From an uncultured Pseudomonadales bacterium (GTDB lineage Bacteria; Patescibacteriota; Microgenomatia; UBA1400; PJMF01), in the NCBI GenBank assembly GCA_964457085.1, contig CAYWDM010000002.1:203418-267417 (forward strand): a stretch of DNA of 64,000 nucleotides, read 5' to 3'. The position numbers and the translations under genes were made by a program. Numbering within the stretch: position 1 is the first letter of the stretch; each line of letters starts with the position of its first letter. Under the pieces are notes generated by a model, which saw nothing but the letters and a program-made list of their open reading frames with translations, ran no database searches and was not told the DNA's origin. Shown here piece after piece: positions 29,849-40,300 of this stretch.

Positions 29849-31039
29849 ATGTTGGCACATTTTTCTAGAATTTACCGATTAATTTGTGATTTTTTCACAA
29901 CTGAAAGACGCTATATTTTAGGGCTGTTTATAGTGTCGAGACTCTTTTTCTTTGTGAGTGCATATATCTTGCCACAGTTTGTGATGAAGGGACCTTTTCC
30001 TGAGCAAATATATGACGGAAATGGCATTTTTGATTATTTTATTTTTTGGGATGCAAATTGGTATCAGGTAATTGCAAAGCAAGGTTACTCATTGGTAATT
30101 GGTGGCCAATCAGCCACTGCTTTCTTTCCCTTTTATCCATTACTTACCCGATTAGCTAGCTATATTTTTGTCGATTATAATTTTTCACAGATACTGGTTT
30201 CAAATGTTTCCTTTTTGTTGGCAATGAATGTGTTGTACAAATTGGTGTTGGATGAAAGTAAAAATAGCACAACTGCACGCTTATCATTGATTTTTTTGAG
30301 TTTTAGTTATGGCACGCCTTGGTTGGCTACTGGATATAGTGAATCACTTTTTCTATGGCTAACAATCAGCTACTTTTACTACGCAAAAAAAGATAAAAAC
30401 ATATTGGCGTTTATTTTTGGATTTTTAACTGGCATAACCAGAGGTGGTGCAATATATAGTCTGCTTTTGATTGCAGTAATGTATTCAAAGAAAATGTTTA
30501 CTATCAGCACAAAAAAATTCTTGATGGTATTACTTGTTTCAATTGCTCCATTGATTGGTTTTGTTGCATATTTATTTTTTCTACAACTCGCAGTTGGGGA
30601 TTGGCGAGTTTATTTTCAGACGAACCAGTCTGGTTGGGGGGCAGTGTATACATTCTCACTTGAAGTGATTAAGCAAAAAATCCCGTTGATTGGGTATCAG
30701 TTGGTTACTGCTGATCCACATTTAAATTTTATTAACTGGTCTTGGTTAGGGATGAGTTTTTTTGCAGGACTGTCCATAGTTGTCTTGCTGTGGAAGAAAA
30801 CTGCACTTTGGTTGCCAGCATATATCCTTTGCTTTATTGGTTTTTTTCTGTTCACGCTTCAACGAGAGGGTCTAATGGACTCAATGGCCAGATACTCGAT
30901 TACTGTTTTCCCGATATACTATGCGTTGGGTATTGTCAGCACTCACAGTGAGTTGTTTAAAACTGTGCTGCTCTCACTATTTGTGATGGCTCAGTCGCTA
31001 ATAACAATTATGATTTTTACTGGATACATTGTTAACTAA
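29849..31039 (+). CDS. polytopic membrane protein, possible mannosyltransferase-like glycosyltransferase
   Basis: 396 aa with at least 9 TM helices and aromatic-rich loops; there is no soluble domain. The function is a guess. Confidence 0.35.
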   Translation: MLAHFSRIYRLICDFFTTERRYILGLFIVSRLFFFVSAYILPQFVMKGPFPEQIYDGNGIFDYFIFWDANWYQVIAKQGYSLVIGGQSATAFFPFYPLLTRLASYIFVDYNFSQILVSNVSFLLAMNVLYKLVLDESKNSTTARLSLIFLSFSYGTPWLATGYSESLFLWLTISYFYYAKKDKNILAFIFGFLTGITRGGAIYSLLLIAVMYSKKMFTISTKKFLMVLLVSIAPLIGFVAYLFFLQLAVGDWRVYFQTNQSGWGAVYTFSLEVIKQKIPLIGYQLVTADPHLNFINWSWLGMSFFAGLSIVVLLWKKTALWLPAYILCFIGFFLFTLQREGLMDSMARYSITVFPIYYALGIVSTHSELFKTVLLSLFVMAQSLITIMIFTGYIVN

Positions 31040-31048
31040 TTTTTTTAT

Positions 31049-31666
31049 ATGGCGATCACTTTTTATTTAGCTCGGCATGGAGAGTCATTTGGCAATATTG
31101 GTGGCGATATTACCGGATCAAATCCAGAGCTAACTCCACTTGGGTGGCGACAAGCTGACACATTGGCAAAGAAGTTTTCGCATATTCCGCTGACTGCTGT
31201 ATATGCCTCAACCTTAATACGTTCTCAACAGACGGCAATGGCAATAGCCTCCGCTAAGAATATTCCATTGCAAATAACTGCCGCTTTGAATGAACGACAC
31301 TTTGGGTCTTTAGAGGGCGTGTCTGGATTACAAGTGCAAGCACTTCACGGTGAGAAATATCGTGCATTTAGCAATGCACCACTTACTGAACAGTTGAATT
31401 GGAAGTTGGTTGCTGATGAAGAAACATTCGGAGAGGTCATTGGTCGGATGCTGGATTTTTTTGATGGTTTTGATGATGAACAGCCCAATCAACAAGTTTT
31501 GTTGGTGTCACATGCAAATGTATTAGTGCCTCTGTTGGTCCATCTTGGTTTTGCAACTTTTAGTGAGATACCAAAAGGCTCAGTTACCAATACAGGTTTT
31601 ATCAAAATAATTAAGGATGTGGCTGGAAATAGAATCGTAGGAGTAGATGGTATCTCCAAGGAGTAA
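31049..31666 (+). CDS. histidine phosphatase family protein (phosphoglycerate mutase-like)
   Basis: N-terminal YLARHGESFGN (RHG catalytic motif) and SHANV later. Confidence 0.8.
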   Translation: MAITFYLARHGESFGNIGGDITGSNPELTPLGWRQADTLAKKFSHIPLTAVYASTLIRSQQTAMAIASAKNIPLQITAALNERHFGSLEGVSGLQVQALHGEKYRAFSNAPLTEQLNWKLVADEETFGEVIGRMLDFFDGFDDEQPNQQVLLVSHANVLVPLLVHLGFATFSEIPKGSVTNTGFIKIIKDVAGNRIVGVDGISKE

Positions 31667-31677
31667 GTTTTTGAAAA

Positions 31678-33105
31678 TTAGGGAGTAGCTGTTTCGGCGA
31701 TAATATCGTCGATTATCTTGTCTACAGAAACGGCACTGCTGGCCATTCCATCAAGATTCAGAGAAATTCGATGTTGCAAGGCGGGGCGAATGAAAGCTTG
31801 AATATCTTCTATTGAAACCGTGGTCCTATTATCCAGCAATGCACGTGCTTTCGCTCCACGTATGATGGCATGTTCACCACGTACTGAAGCTCCAATTTCG
31901 ACATATTTTTGTACTGAGGCAACTGTTGATTTTTTTGGGTGAGTGTTGATTAAAATTTTGCCAGCATATTCAATTAACTTTGATGAAACTGCGATGCTTT
32001 CAATAGTTTTTTGAATAGCTAGTACGTCTTTTACATTGGCTAGTTGTTGGTGTTTTTCATTGTTTTCTCCAACTAATGTTTGTCCAATTATTTGGTTTAA
32101 TACTGATAACTCTGGCAAGTCCAAATGTACTATGAAACCAAATCTGTCCAATTGAGCTTCAGGTAAGGGATATGTCCCAACACTACCATGATTGTTTTGA
32201 GTAGCAATTACGAAAAAAGGCCTGGGTAGGGAGCGCATCCTACCATTTGTTACTTGCCTCTCTTCCATTGCTTCGAGTAGTGCAGCTTGTGTTTTAGGAG
32301 TGGCTCGATTAATCTCGTCAACTAATACGATATTTGCAAATATTGGTCCTTTTTTAAACTCATCGGCATTTTTAGTGCCAGCAGCTCCATGCATTGAAAA
32401 ACCGAGTATGTCTGTGGCCATTAGATCTGGGGTACATTGTATGCGAGTAGATTTTAAGCCTAATATTTTTCCTAATGATTTAGCTAGTTTTGTCTTACCC
32501 AGTCCTGAATTACTCTCTAGAAGTACGTGCCCTCCAGTAAATAAGGCGATGAGAACTAAACGTACTGCCTCCTCCTGACCGATTAGTATTTCATTCAATT
32601 TCTTTTCGACAGTTGCTATTTTTTGAGTTGCTTCTTTGTAGTTAAGCGGTGCCTCATTATTTGACCCAGTTTCCCACTCTTTAAATAAATCAAGGTATGA
32701 TTGCAAAAGCGAAAGTAACTGAGTTAGTTTATCTACAACCTCTGAAGTATCTTCTGTTTTTTTAGGAAATGTGGATTCCAGTTTTCCATCAAAGACTTCT
32801 GCTAACTCAGCAGTATTAATAAGCTCATCAATCTTGTCGATAGCTGTATGAATTATTTTTTCATATAACGCTATTTTTCTTTTGTCTCGTGCAACTTCAA
32901 TGTTACCAATACCTTTGGTTGCATCTTCATACAGATGCAGTGCTGACGCAAAGGTACCACCATCATTGGTGAATAGTTTTTCCTCAAGTACTTCAATCAG
33001 GTTCATAACACTTTGTGCACCTTCAACTTGCAAAGAGTTTATATCTATTGCAGCCTCAATTTGCTGTATTTGCTGTTCTACCTCTGGTCTCATATACAGT
33101 ATCAT
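31678..33105 (-). CDS. MoxR-family AAA+ ATPase with ~170-aa N-terminal coiled-coil extension
   Basis: Walker A NSGLGKTKLAKSLG, RIQCTPDLMATDILG, and Walker B/sensor VLVDEINRATPKTQAALLEAMEERQVT. Confidence 0.8.
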   Translation of the reverse strand: MILYMRPEVEQQIQQIEAAIDINSLQVEGAQSVMNLIEVLEEKLFTNDGGTFASALHLYEDATKGIGNIEVARDKRKIALYEKIIHTAIDKIDELINTAELAEVFDGKLESTFPKKTEDTSEVVDKLTQLLSLLQSYLDLFKEWETGSNNEAPLNYKEATQKIATVEKKLNEILIGQEEAVRLVLIALFTGGHVLLESNSGLGKTKLAKSLGKILGLKSTRIQCTPDLMATDILGFSMHGAAGTKNADEFKKGPIFANIVLVDEINRATPKTQAALLEAMEERQVTNGRMRSLPRPFFVIATQNNHGSVGTYPLPEAQLDRFGFIVHLDLPELSVLNQIIGQTLVGENNEKHQQLANVKDVLAIQKTIESIAVSSKLIEYAGKILINTHPKKSTVASVQKYVEIGASVRGEHAIIRGAKARALLDNRTTVSIEDIQAFIRPALQHRISLNLDGMASSAVSVDKIIDDIIAETATP

Positions 33106-33186
33106 CGTAGCATTTTAAAAATTGAAAAACTACCAATAATCGACAGCAAGTGGTGGTTTGATTGGGATAATCTAGCTATACTGTTG

Positions 33187-36100
33187 ATGATAATGACCGA
33201 AAAAATTAGTATATTTGTTGGCAATAAACTGGCCGAGTTGGGTCTAAAACCACCTAGTTTAACTGATGGATTACTACTTGCTGATGATCCCATCCTGCAT
33301 CGTCATGTCAAACAGCGGATTCGACATAGGTTGGAAGAGAGCGGACAACCACTAAGATCATCGGAAGTTGATGCTGTATTGTCTAATGAAACCTCCATTT
33401 ACTTGATCGAAGAGGTCGAGTTGGAGAGTGTTGACTTTCTAATTGCAAGTGAAAAACTACACAAGCCAGTTTTTGAAAAGATACTGAGGAACATAGCACA
33501 TTTAGACTTTAGAAGTTTTGCGAGTGCACAACAGAGTGAAATCTCTCTTTATGATCCAGAGGTGATTACACCTCAAGTTTCTTGGGCGGTGGAACAAATT
33601 TTTCAAAATTTACCTGGTTTCTTTGAGTCGTTTGAAATAATGATGCAGCATGATCAGGCTTTTGAAGAAGAGCAAACCGATATTGTTCGCAATATCTTCA
33701 TTATTGGATATCTGCATGGCTTTTTAAGCGAGGAAAATCAGAATTTAACCACAGCCAAAGTATTTTTAGCTCATGCTATTAGAAAAAGTAACTCTGACGA
33801 AGAAAAACTAAAGCCATATCCTGCTTTCTTAAGGAGAATAGTGGATAAAGATGAATCAGCTCAGGTTTCACCAAGACTTGAACATCTAAAAAATCATTGG
33901 CTACAGCAACTTGCTCGTCGTTGGTTGTTGTTGTCCAGAACAGATGAAGCTTCAGCTGACACCTTAAGTCAATCGACCAGACAACAGTTGGATGAGCATT
34001 TACCAAAAGACAGAAGACCCGCTGAGAATAGTGCTGTTGCGAGAAAAATGGATTCATTGAATAAAACGAGAACAACATTTCAAGGTGAAGTTGGTAGCTC
34101 CAACGGAAATGCTGATCAGGGATTTAATGAGAGTGCACAAATTAGAGAAGAACTGCAACTTACGGTTGATGTTGCCCAACAGCAACAGTCGACAATTATG
34201 CACATGAGAGATATCTTGCGTCTCTATCAGGGAAATAACCAAGAAGTTTTTCATAATGGTCATCAAAATACAGAAAAATGGTTGCCATTTAAAGTTGCTG
34301 CAGAACCCATTTTGCAAAAGTTAGTTTTAGGTTTTGGTTTGCTTAACGATTCAAAAAATGATGATGCCAGATTTGATTCTGCCGTGGACACAATTGTTAA
34401 ATCAATGATTCAGAGTTTAGCAAATTCTGGTGATGCCCAACACATCAGAGGGATGTTTGGGGCAGATTTTTTTAATTTGGCTCAAGTTGAACAGCTTTGC
34501 TTACTGTCATTTACAGCTCTTTCTTTTATCAATAGGGAGACCAGTACATCTAAGTTGGCAATTCAAATTTTAGATAGAACGGTTATTCCTCGTCTCAATC
34601 AGTATTTCGATTTAGATCGTTACAAAGAGCTATCAACCGAAAATGTACCAGCCTTCAATTTTTCTACTTATGATCAGCGAGTATATGAAGATAAATCTCA
34701 GCACGCAAAATCAGTACTTGGAGATCTGCAGCCAGCTGATGAATTAGTGGGTGTTGATAGTGCTGTTTTTCGGCAGTTGCTTGAAAGAAATAAACAACAA
34801 TTATCAGGTGTCTCCAAGATTTATTCTTTATTTGCTTCACTAACCAGTGAAAACTGGGGAGAACATACGAAGCCGCATACAATAATCTTAGGCGAGATTT
34901 TTGTGATGACGGCTTTTATTTCTGGTCATCTCAACTTTAATTTATCTGAGAGTTTATTAACTGAATCATTAAAAACAATTTTCTCTGAAGACCCATATCT
35001 CTTTTTATTGAAAATAGCCCCAATACCACTAACACTGGCAAGTGGAGCTCTATTGATGGGTGATAAGGCTAGGAAAGACTTTAAGAAATTATTATTATCT
35101 TCTTCAGAATTAAAAAAAGATCTAAAGAAATTTTCTAAAGGTGGATGGAGGCAGATTGCGATGATGCTCATGTTAAGCACATATGCTTTGAGTTCAACCT
35201 TTCCTTTATGGCAAAACCAAGCTGATGAACTGTGGGATTCTGCCAAGGATCGTTGGGAAGAGCTGTTCGATGATGATGAGGTAGTAGAAGGAGAAGATTC
35301 TACTGATGGTATGAGAAATTTTTGGGAGGATAGAAATCCTGAGGCAGTTGATGCCAATGATTTGCTGGACATAGAGAAAGTTGACTGGGGAGAAATTGCA
35401 ATTGAAGAAGACGTGTATGGTAAAGATCCTAATGCCCCAATAGGTTTTATAAACACTTATGTTGTTTCTCCTATAGTAGCTGAGTCTGAGGATCAACAAT
35501 ATAACACTGAGTCAAACATGACTGATTTTGACGCCTTATCTAATGCAGACGATATTATCGTAAATGCGAGTGGCTATGTAATTAGAAATGACGAGATTGA
35601 ATTTACACTTGCAAATGGCGATACCTACATTCAACCTGCTGCAGGTGCAGATTTTGTTGTTAAAAATGGCATAGTTAATGGTCATAATTGGTTTGCAAGA
35701 TTCTTAGAAACAGGCAAATATCTTGACAAAATTATTGTTGTGTCAAAACCTGACAGCCCGAATAATTTTTTCTCCAATGGAGAATTGTTTAATAGATATG
35801 ATTATCCTGACCGATATGTAGCTTCTCTTACTGAGAGTCATGATGAATATTTTGTGGTATATAAAACAAATCCAGATGCTGCAAACGAATTGAATCGATA
35901 TAAGTTGCGACTTGATGAAAATTTAGTCTTTTGGCAAACTCATGCTGCAGATCGAGAAATTGCCCTGACAGTTTTAGAAAAAGAGAATCCAGCAGCAGCA
36001 GCTCTTTATGCACAAATGTTAGCAGAACAGAACCTATTCTGGGCAAATTATGATCCTCAGAATAATCATGAAATTGACTATCTTAAAATGATTGATAAAC

Positions 36101-37389
36101 AGATAACTGCGTATACTCTTTTTGTAAAAACTAACCATGTATACAGTCTTAAATACAAGCCAAAAACGAATTATGCAGAGAAGTATCCTGATGTCGGCGT
36201 TATGCTCGATGTGATGGCACTTAAAAAAGGTGGCTATTATTGTTTAACTGCACATTTGGCTGCACAGGAATGGTTTCTTTCTCTAGGAGTTCCGATGGAT
36301 GGTTTGTATGGATATCATATATATGATGATGCAGGCATGGCTAGATCACGCATTGGTCATGTTCAGACTGGTATTTATGGAGCAGTTCATGATTTTACTC
36401 CTTCCACTCCAAATCCTGGAGAAGATTTACGAGCATTAGATTTCAATAAAAATACTGCTGTGAGTGGACAATTAGATACTCAGGCTGTTGAGCAACCCAC
36501 TATTGTCGATTTATTACAAAAATTTGCAAACGTTGATAATTTATCACTACTTATTCTTTTGTTATCGACAGTGGGAGTTGGATATTCCATTAAATTGGGA
36601 ATACAACAAGCAATGGGTAAAACCACCAAAGATGACTTTGATACAGTAGAACAAGTTAAAAATATTTTGCCCGATACTGAACTTGCATTGAGAGGTTTAA
36701 CCTCGGCATTACTGCAATTATTAAATTTGATTGCAGAAGTTGATCCATCATTTCCAGATAGTGAGGATGGCAGTAAAGACCGAAGGCAGATACTTTCGCA
36801 AATTGTTACGGAGAGTTTGATTTTGGCAACCAAACCCTCAAACACGCAAGCTGAAATATCTAGCAGCATGTCAATGAATCCCGAGGTACTTGCATTGCTG
36901 CAGTTAGTGGGATTAGGTAATGGTACATTGAGTGAGAATGCTCGAGAGCAAGTGGAAAGTTTATGGCAAAAACTCAATAGCAATCAAAGACAGACGAAAC
37001 AGCTACTACAAGAAGTTCTTGGATTACTGGATAGCATATCAACCAACTTCGGAAAAGCATCAGAGATCAAAAGGAAACTGGTGGGTAAGTCAGTGAGAAA
37101 ATTACAAAAGCAACTGATGAGAACGAGAAAAAAAGAAAATAGAATATATGGCATGTATGGTGCATTTTTAGAAAAATCACACTTGGCAAAAGATGAGAAA
37201 ATCAATGAACTTAGAAAATCAATTACTGCAGATTATTTAGCCATTCATCATCAATTAGAGCAACAAAGTAATGAGTTACAACAACTAAACACGCAAGCAA
37301 AACTATTACCTACAAATGTAAAAAGTCTCAAAAAAGTTTTGAGGTTTATGCTTAACCATAGTACAGCACACGACATAGCTCATGAATAA
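33187..37389 (+). CDS. giant hypothetical protein (1401 aa), MoxR-associated
   Basis: The track ORF begins at 33013, inside the divergent MoxR gene. The start is revised to ATG 33187 (MIMTEKISIF), the first ATG after the MoxR start. No recognisable catalytic motifs. One hydrophobic segment (LSLLILLLSTVGVGY) and a C-terminal coiled coil. Confidence 0.55.
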   Translation: MIMTEKISIFVGNKLAELGLKPPSLTDGLLLADDPILHRHVKQRIRHRLEESGQPLRSSEVDAVLSNETSIYLIEEVELESVDFLIASEKLHKPVFEKILRNIAHLDFRSFASAQQSEISLYDPEVITPQVSWAVEQIFQNLPGFFESFEIMMQHDQAFEEEQTDIVRNIFIIGYLHGFLSEENQNLTTAKVFLAHAIRKSNSDEEKLKPYPAFLRRIVDKDESAQVSPRLEHLKNHWLQQLARRWLLLSRTDEASADTLSQSTRQQLDEHLPKDRRPAENSAVARKMDSLNKTRTTFQGEVGSSNGNADQGFNESAQIREELQLTVDVAQQQQSTIMHMRDILRLYQGNNQEVFHNGHQNTEKWLPFKVAAEPILQKLVLGFGLLNDSKNDDARFDSAVDTIVKSMIQSLANSGDAQHIRGMFGADFFNLAQVEQLCLLSFTALSFINRETSTSKLAIQILDRTVIPRLNQYFDLDRYKELSTENVPAFNFSTYDQRVYEDKSQHAKSVLGDLQPADELVGVDSAVFRQLLERNKQQLSGVSKIYSLFASLTSENWGEHTKPHTIILGEIFVMTAFISGHLNFNLSESLLTESLKTIFSEDPYLFLLKIAPIPLTLASGALLMGDKARKDFKKLLLSSSELKKDLKKFSKGGWRQIAMMLMLSTYALSSTFPLWQNQADELWDSAKDRWEELFDDDEVVEGEDSTDGMRNFWEDRNPEAVDANDLLDIEKVDWGEIAIEEDVYGKDPNAPIGFINTYVVSPIVAESEDQQYNTESNMTDFDALSNADDIIVNASGYVIRNDEIEFTLANGDTYIQPAAGADFVVKNGIVNGHNWFARFLETGKYLDKIIVVSKPDSPNNFFSNGELFNRYDYPDRYVASLTESHDEYFVVYKTNPDAANELNRYKLRLDENLVFWQTHAADREIALTVLEKENPAAAALYAQMLAEQNLFWANYDPQNNHEIDYLKMIDKQITAYTLFVKTNHVYSLKYKPKTNYAEKYPDVGVMLDVMALKKGGYYCLTAHLAAQEWFLSLGVPMDGLYGYHIYDDAGMARSRIGHVQTGIYGAVHDFTPSTPNPGEDLRALDFNKNTAVSGQLDTQAVEQPTIVDLLQKFANVDNLSLLILLLSTVGVGYSIKLGIQQAMGKTTKDDFDTVEQVKNILPDTELALRGLTSALLQLLNLIAEVDPSFPDSEDGSKDRRQILSQIVTESLILATKPSNTQAEISSSMSMNPEVLALLQLVGLGNGTLSENAREQVESLWQKLNSNQRQTKQLLQEVLGLLDSISTNFGKASEIKRKLVGKSVRKLQKQLMRTRKKENRIYGMYGAFLEKSHLAKDEKINELRKSITADYLAIHHQLEQQSNELQQLNTQAKLLPTNVKSLKKVLRFMLNHSTAHDIAHE

Positions 37390-40300
37390 TCAGGAATTTT
37401 TATCAGTTGAACCAGAAGGTAAGCAAATAGATACTGCAGTGGATGCAGCAGCCTCTGAGTCTGATATGTTGGAGCTTAAAATTGCTGAAATTTTGGGTCA
37501 ATCCTCTGTAGATTTTATTGAAAAGACTGTTTCTGAACATTTGGGAGATGGTTATGAAAGCAATGACTTAGGACTTGTTGAAAAAATTAATTTAATTTTA
37601 ATCTTAGCTTCAAAAAAGAAAATAGTTGTCTCATCTGGATTACTACGAGCTGTAAAGAGTGTCACTACTATTTTGCCGAATGGTCAAATTGATATCGAGT
37701 ATCTAATCCATCTAAAAGGTGAAAAAAGAAAACACTTATTTCAAGTTATAAGTTCATTGATTCTATTGCTTGGATTAAGTTTCGGTGTCGGAAATGAATT
37801 AGTTGGTCGGATTCAAAATACGGAGAATCGAAATAAAGTTGAGTTGTCAGCAAGTGCGGTTGATGATGAGAATGCTAAGGCATTGGAGTCACGAACTAAA
37901 TTTGAAAGACAATTTAGTAGTGATCTGGAGACTGTAGTGGCAGAGATGGGATGGCAAGACTTCTTAGGTGAATATACCAAAGAAAATAATGAGAGTGTGT
38001 GGTCATCAGAGGAGGTTTTCCAGTTGTTGCGCACACAAGAGCCACGGTATTGGGGTTATTACATCATCGCTTATCCAAATACTTTTGTCGAAGCTGTTGA
38101 TACTTCACAAGTATCACAAGTTGAGTTTATGAGTTCGTGTGGTGATGTCCGCTTTTTCAGTTATTTACAGACTCAGATGGGTGGTGACGTTACTTGGCTT
38201 GATTTGTGGAGTGCTGATGAATTGTTCGAAACACTTAGAATGACAAACCCAAATTGGGGAAAAATAGTGGCAAATAATCAGGTGTTATTTGTTGGTGTTT
38301 TGGATAGAGAAGATTTGACACCACTGGTTCACATGCTAGCTCCTACTGCTAATTCTGCAGATATGCACTATTTCTTGAGAGATTACGAAAACGACTGGGA
38401 TCAGACATGGTCAAGGCGAGAACTTTTAGATGCAATGAAGGCAGACGGTAGTGTCAGCTGGGGGTTCTATGTAAAGCGCTACATGCACCTTTTTGCGAGC
38501 GACATAACCGAAGAAGAATTGTCGGAAGTTATAGAGGATATTTCATTTAGCAGTTCAGGTCTTTACCCTAGCACAAATGACTTAGCATTTTTTTCTGACT
38601 ACTATAAATTGCAGCTTTATGAGGTCGTTGATCCTGCAGCATTTGTACGACTTATTGAAACACATTTTAGCAAAGAAATTGCAGCTCAAATTCTTGCTAA
38701 TTATCCAGAGTTAAATCAATTAGAGCAAAGTAACATTGAGCGATTATTTGAAACTGAAGCAATTAATTATGTATTAGATAACTATGCTCAGTGGGAGTCT
38801 GTATATCCAATAGTAGATATCATGACCTTTTTACGGGACAGTGACCAGAAATATCATTACGCTTTAATTGTGCCGCATCCAGAGTTGTTTCAAGAAATAT
38901 CATTCACTGATGATGAGGTTGTCTTACTTGCTTTTCGAAACAATTTTATGGAAACAACTGGTGAAAAAAAGAAATTTTTTCACAACTATCAGGGACAATT
39001 TGGCTGGGAAAATCAAATTCCTGTGGAGAGAATGCTGAAACTTGGAAGAAGTAAACCAGGTGACGGTATGTATACTGCCGCTCTTTATTTTCCAGAAATA
39101 TTTTTACCTCATTTCACGGATGAGGATATGTATCAATTAGTGCTTTCAAATTCTATTGATTTAGAAGAAGTGGATGTTTTACATTCCACAAATCCAATCT
39201 GGAAACCTTTTACCACTGTAGAGCGTAGGCACACGATGCTTGAATTAGCAAAAAATGATACTGAGCAAGATTGGGAAGAGTTGGTGGCTTCTAGATTCTA
39301 TTTTTTTGAGGATATTTTGACTTTTGATGAAGCAAAAGATATTTTGAGTAAGTATCACTCTAGTACCATTAGAAATAGTCCGCTTTGGCAGAACAACGTA
39401 ACTCCTGAGTGGGAATATTCTTTTTTCAAAGAATCAAATGAAGATATTTTTATTCATTTAATTGCCAATGATCCTGTCTATTTTAGTGAGCAACTTACAG
39501 AAGGTGATAAGTTGTTGGTGTTAAAAAATAAACCAGAGGTAATATTAGATAATTATCTTTTTTGGCAAAAGTTTTTTTCACCAGAATTTATCTTAGACTA
39601 TTTTTACAGTGGTCAGAGTGCGGAGAATTATGGTTATTTTGTTTTAAGAAACAAACACATATTTGGGCATGTTTTTTATAACAGTGGATATGATTTAAAA
39701 AACTCAATTATGCATGGTGGATTAGATACCCTGTTTGATACTAACTATGATACCGACCAATATTACTATGAGGAGTGGTCCGAGTTCGTAAGCATTGAAG
39801 AATTGTTTTACATACTGGAAGGATTTGAAGATGGCAGAGTGAAGATACTTACCAGACCAAACTTATTCTTTGAATTTGTTGAGTTTTCTGACCTAAACCA
39901 GTTTGTGCAAACTGAACATTGCATTTCAGCATTACTAGGTAGCTATGACGATTGGCAGGAGTTATGGAGCTTTGCAGATATCTATGAGGCTGTTAAGGCT
40001 ACTGATCCAAGTTATTCGGCATTCGAACTATTTAGCAGTGATTATGCCGAAGATTTTATTAAATTGACTAGCCATGATGATTTACAATTTTTGATCAGGT
40101 CATATCCTGATGACCTCTCGTATATATTTGGGAGTAACTTGGAAATACTCTTGAAAAAATGGACTGCTGAAGAAATATTAACGGCTCTAAAACAAGAACA
40201 TCCAGATACCTGGGGTGCATTCGTAACGGATGGAATTGTACATTTTGATGCGTTATTATCGCAAAGTGATTTAGAATCGCTGATCGCTCATGGGGCAAAT

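Noticed and set aside
33013-33186. Track start of the giant ORF at 33013
   Set aside because: It overlaps the 5' end of the divergent MoxR gene (start codon at 33105). The start was moved to the first ATG after it (33187).
34926-36983. Several 70-180-aa minus-strand ORFs inside the giant gene
   Set aside because: Antisense to a continuous 1401-aa reading frame, and Ser-rich as expected for antisense of an AT-rich gene.
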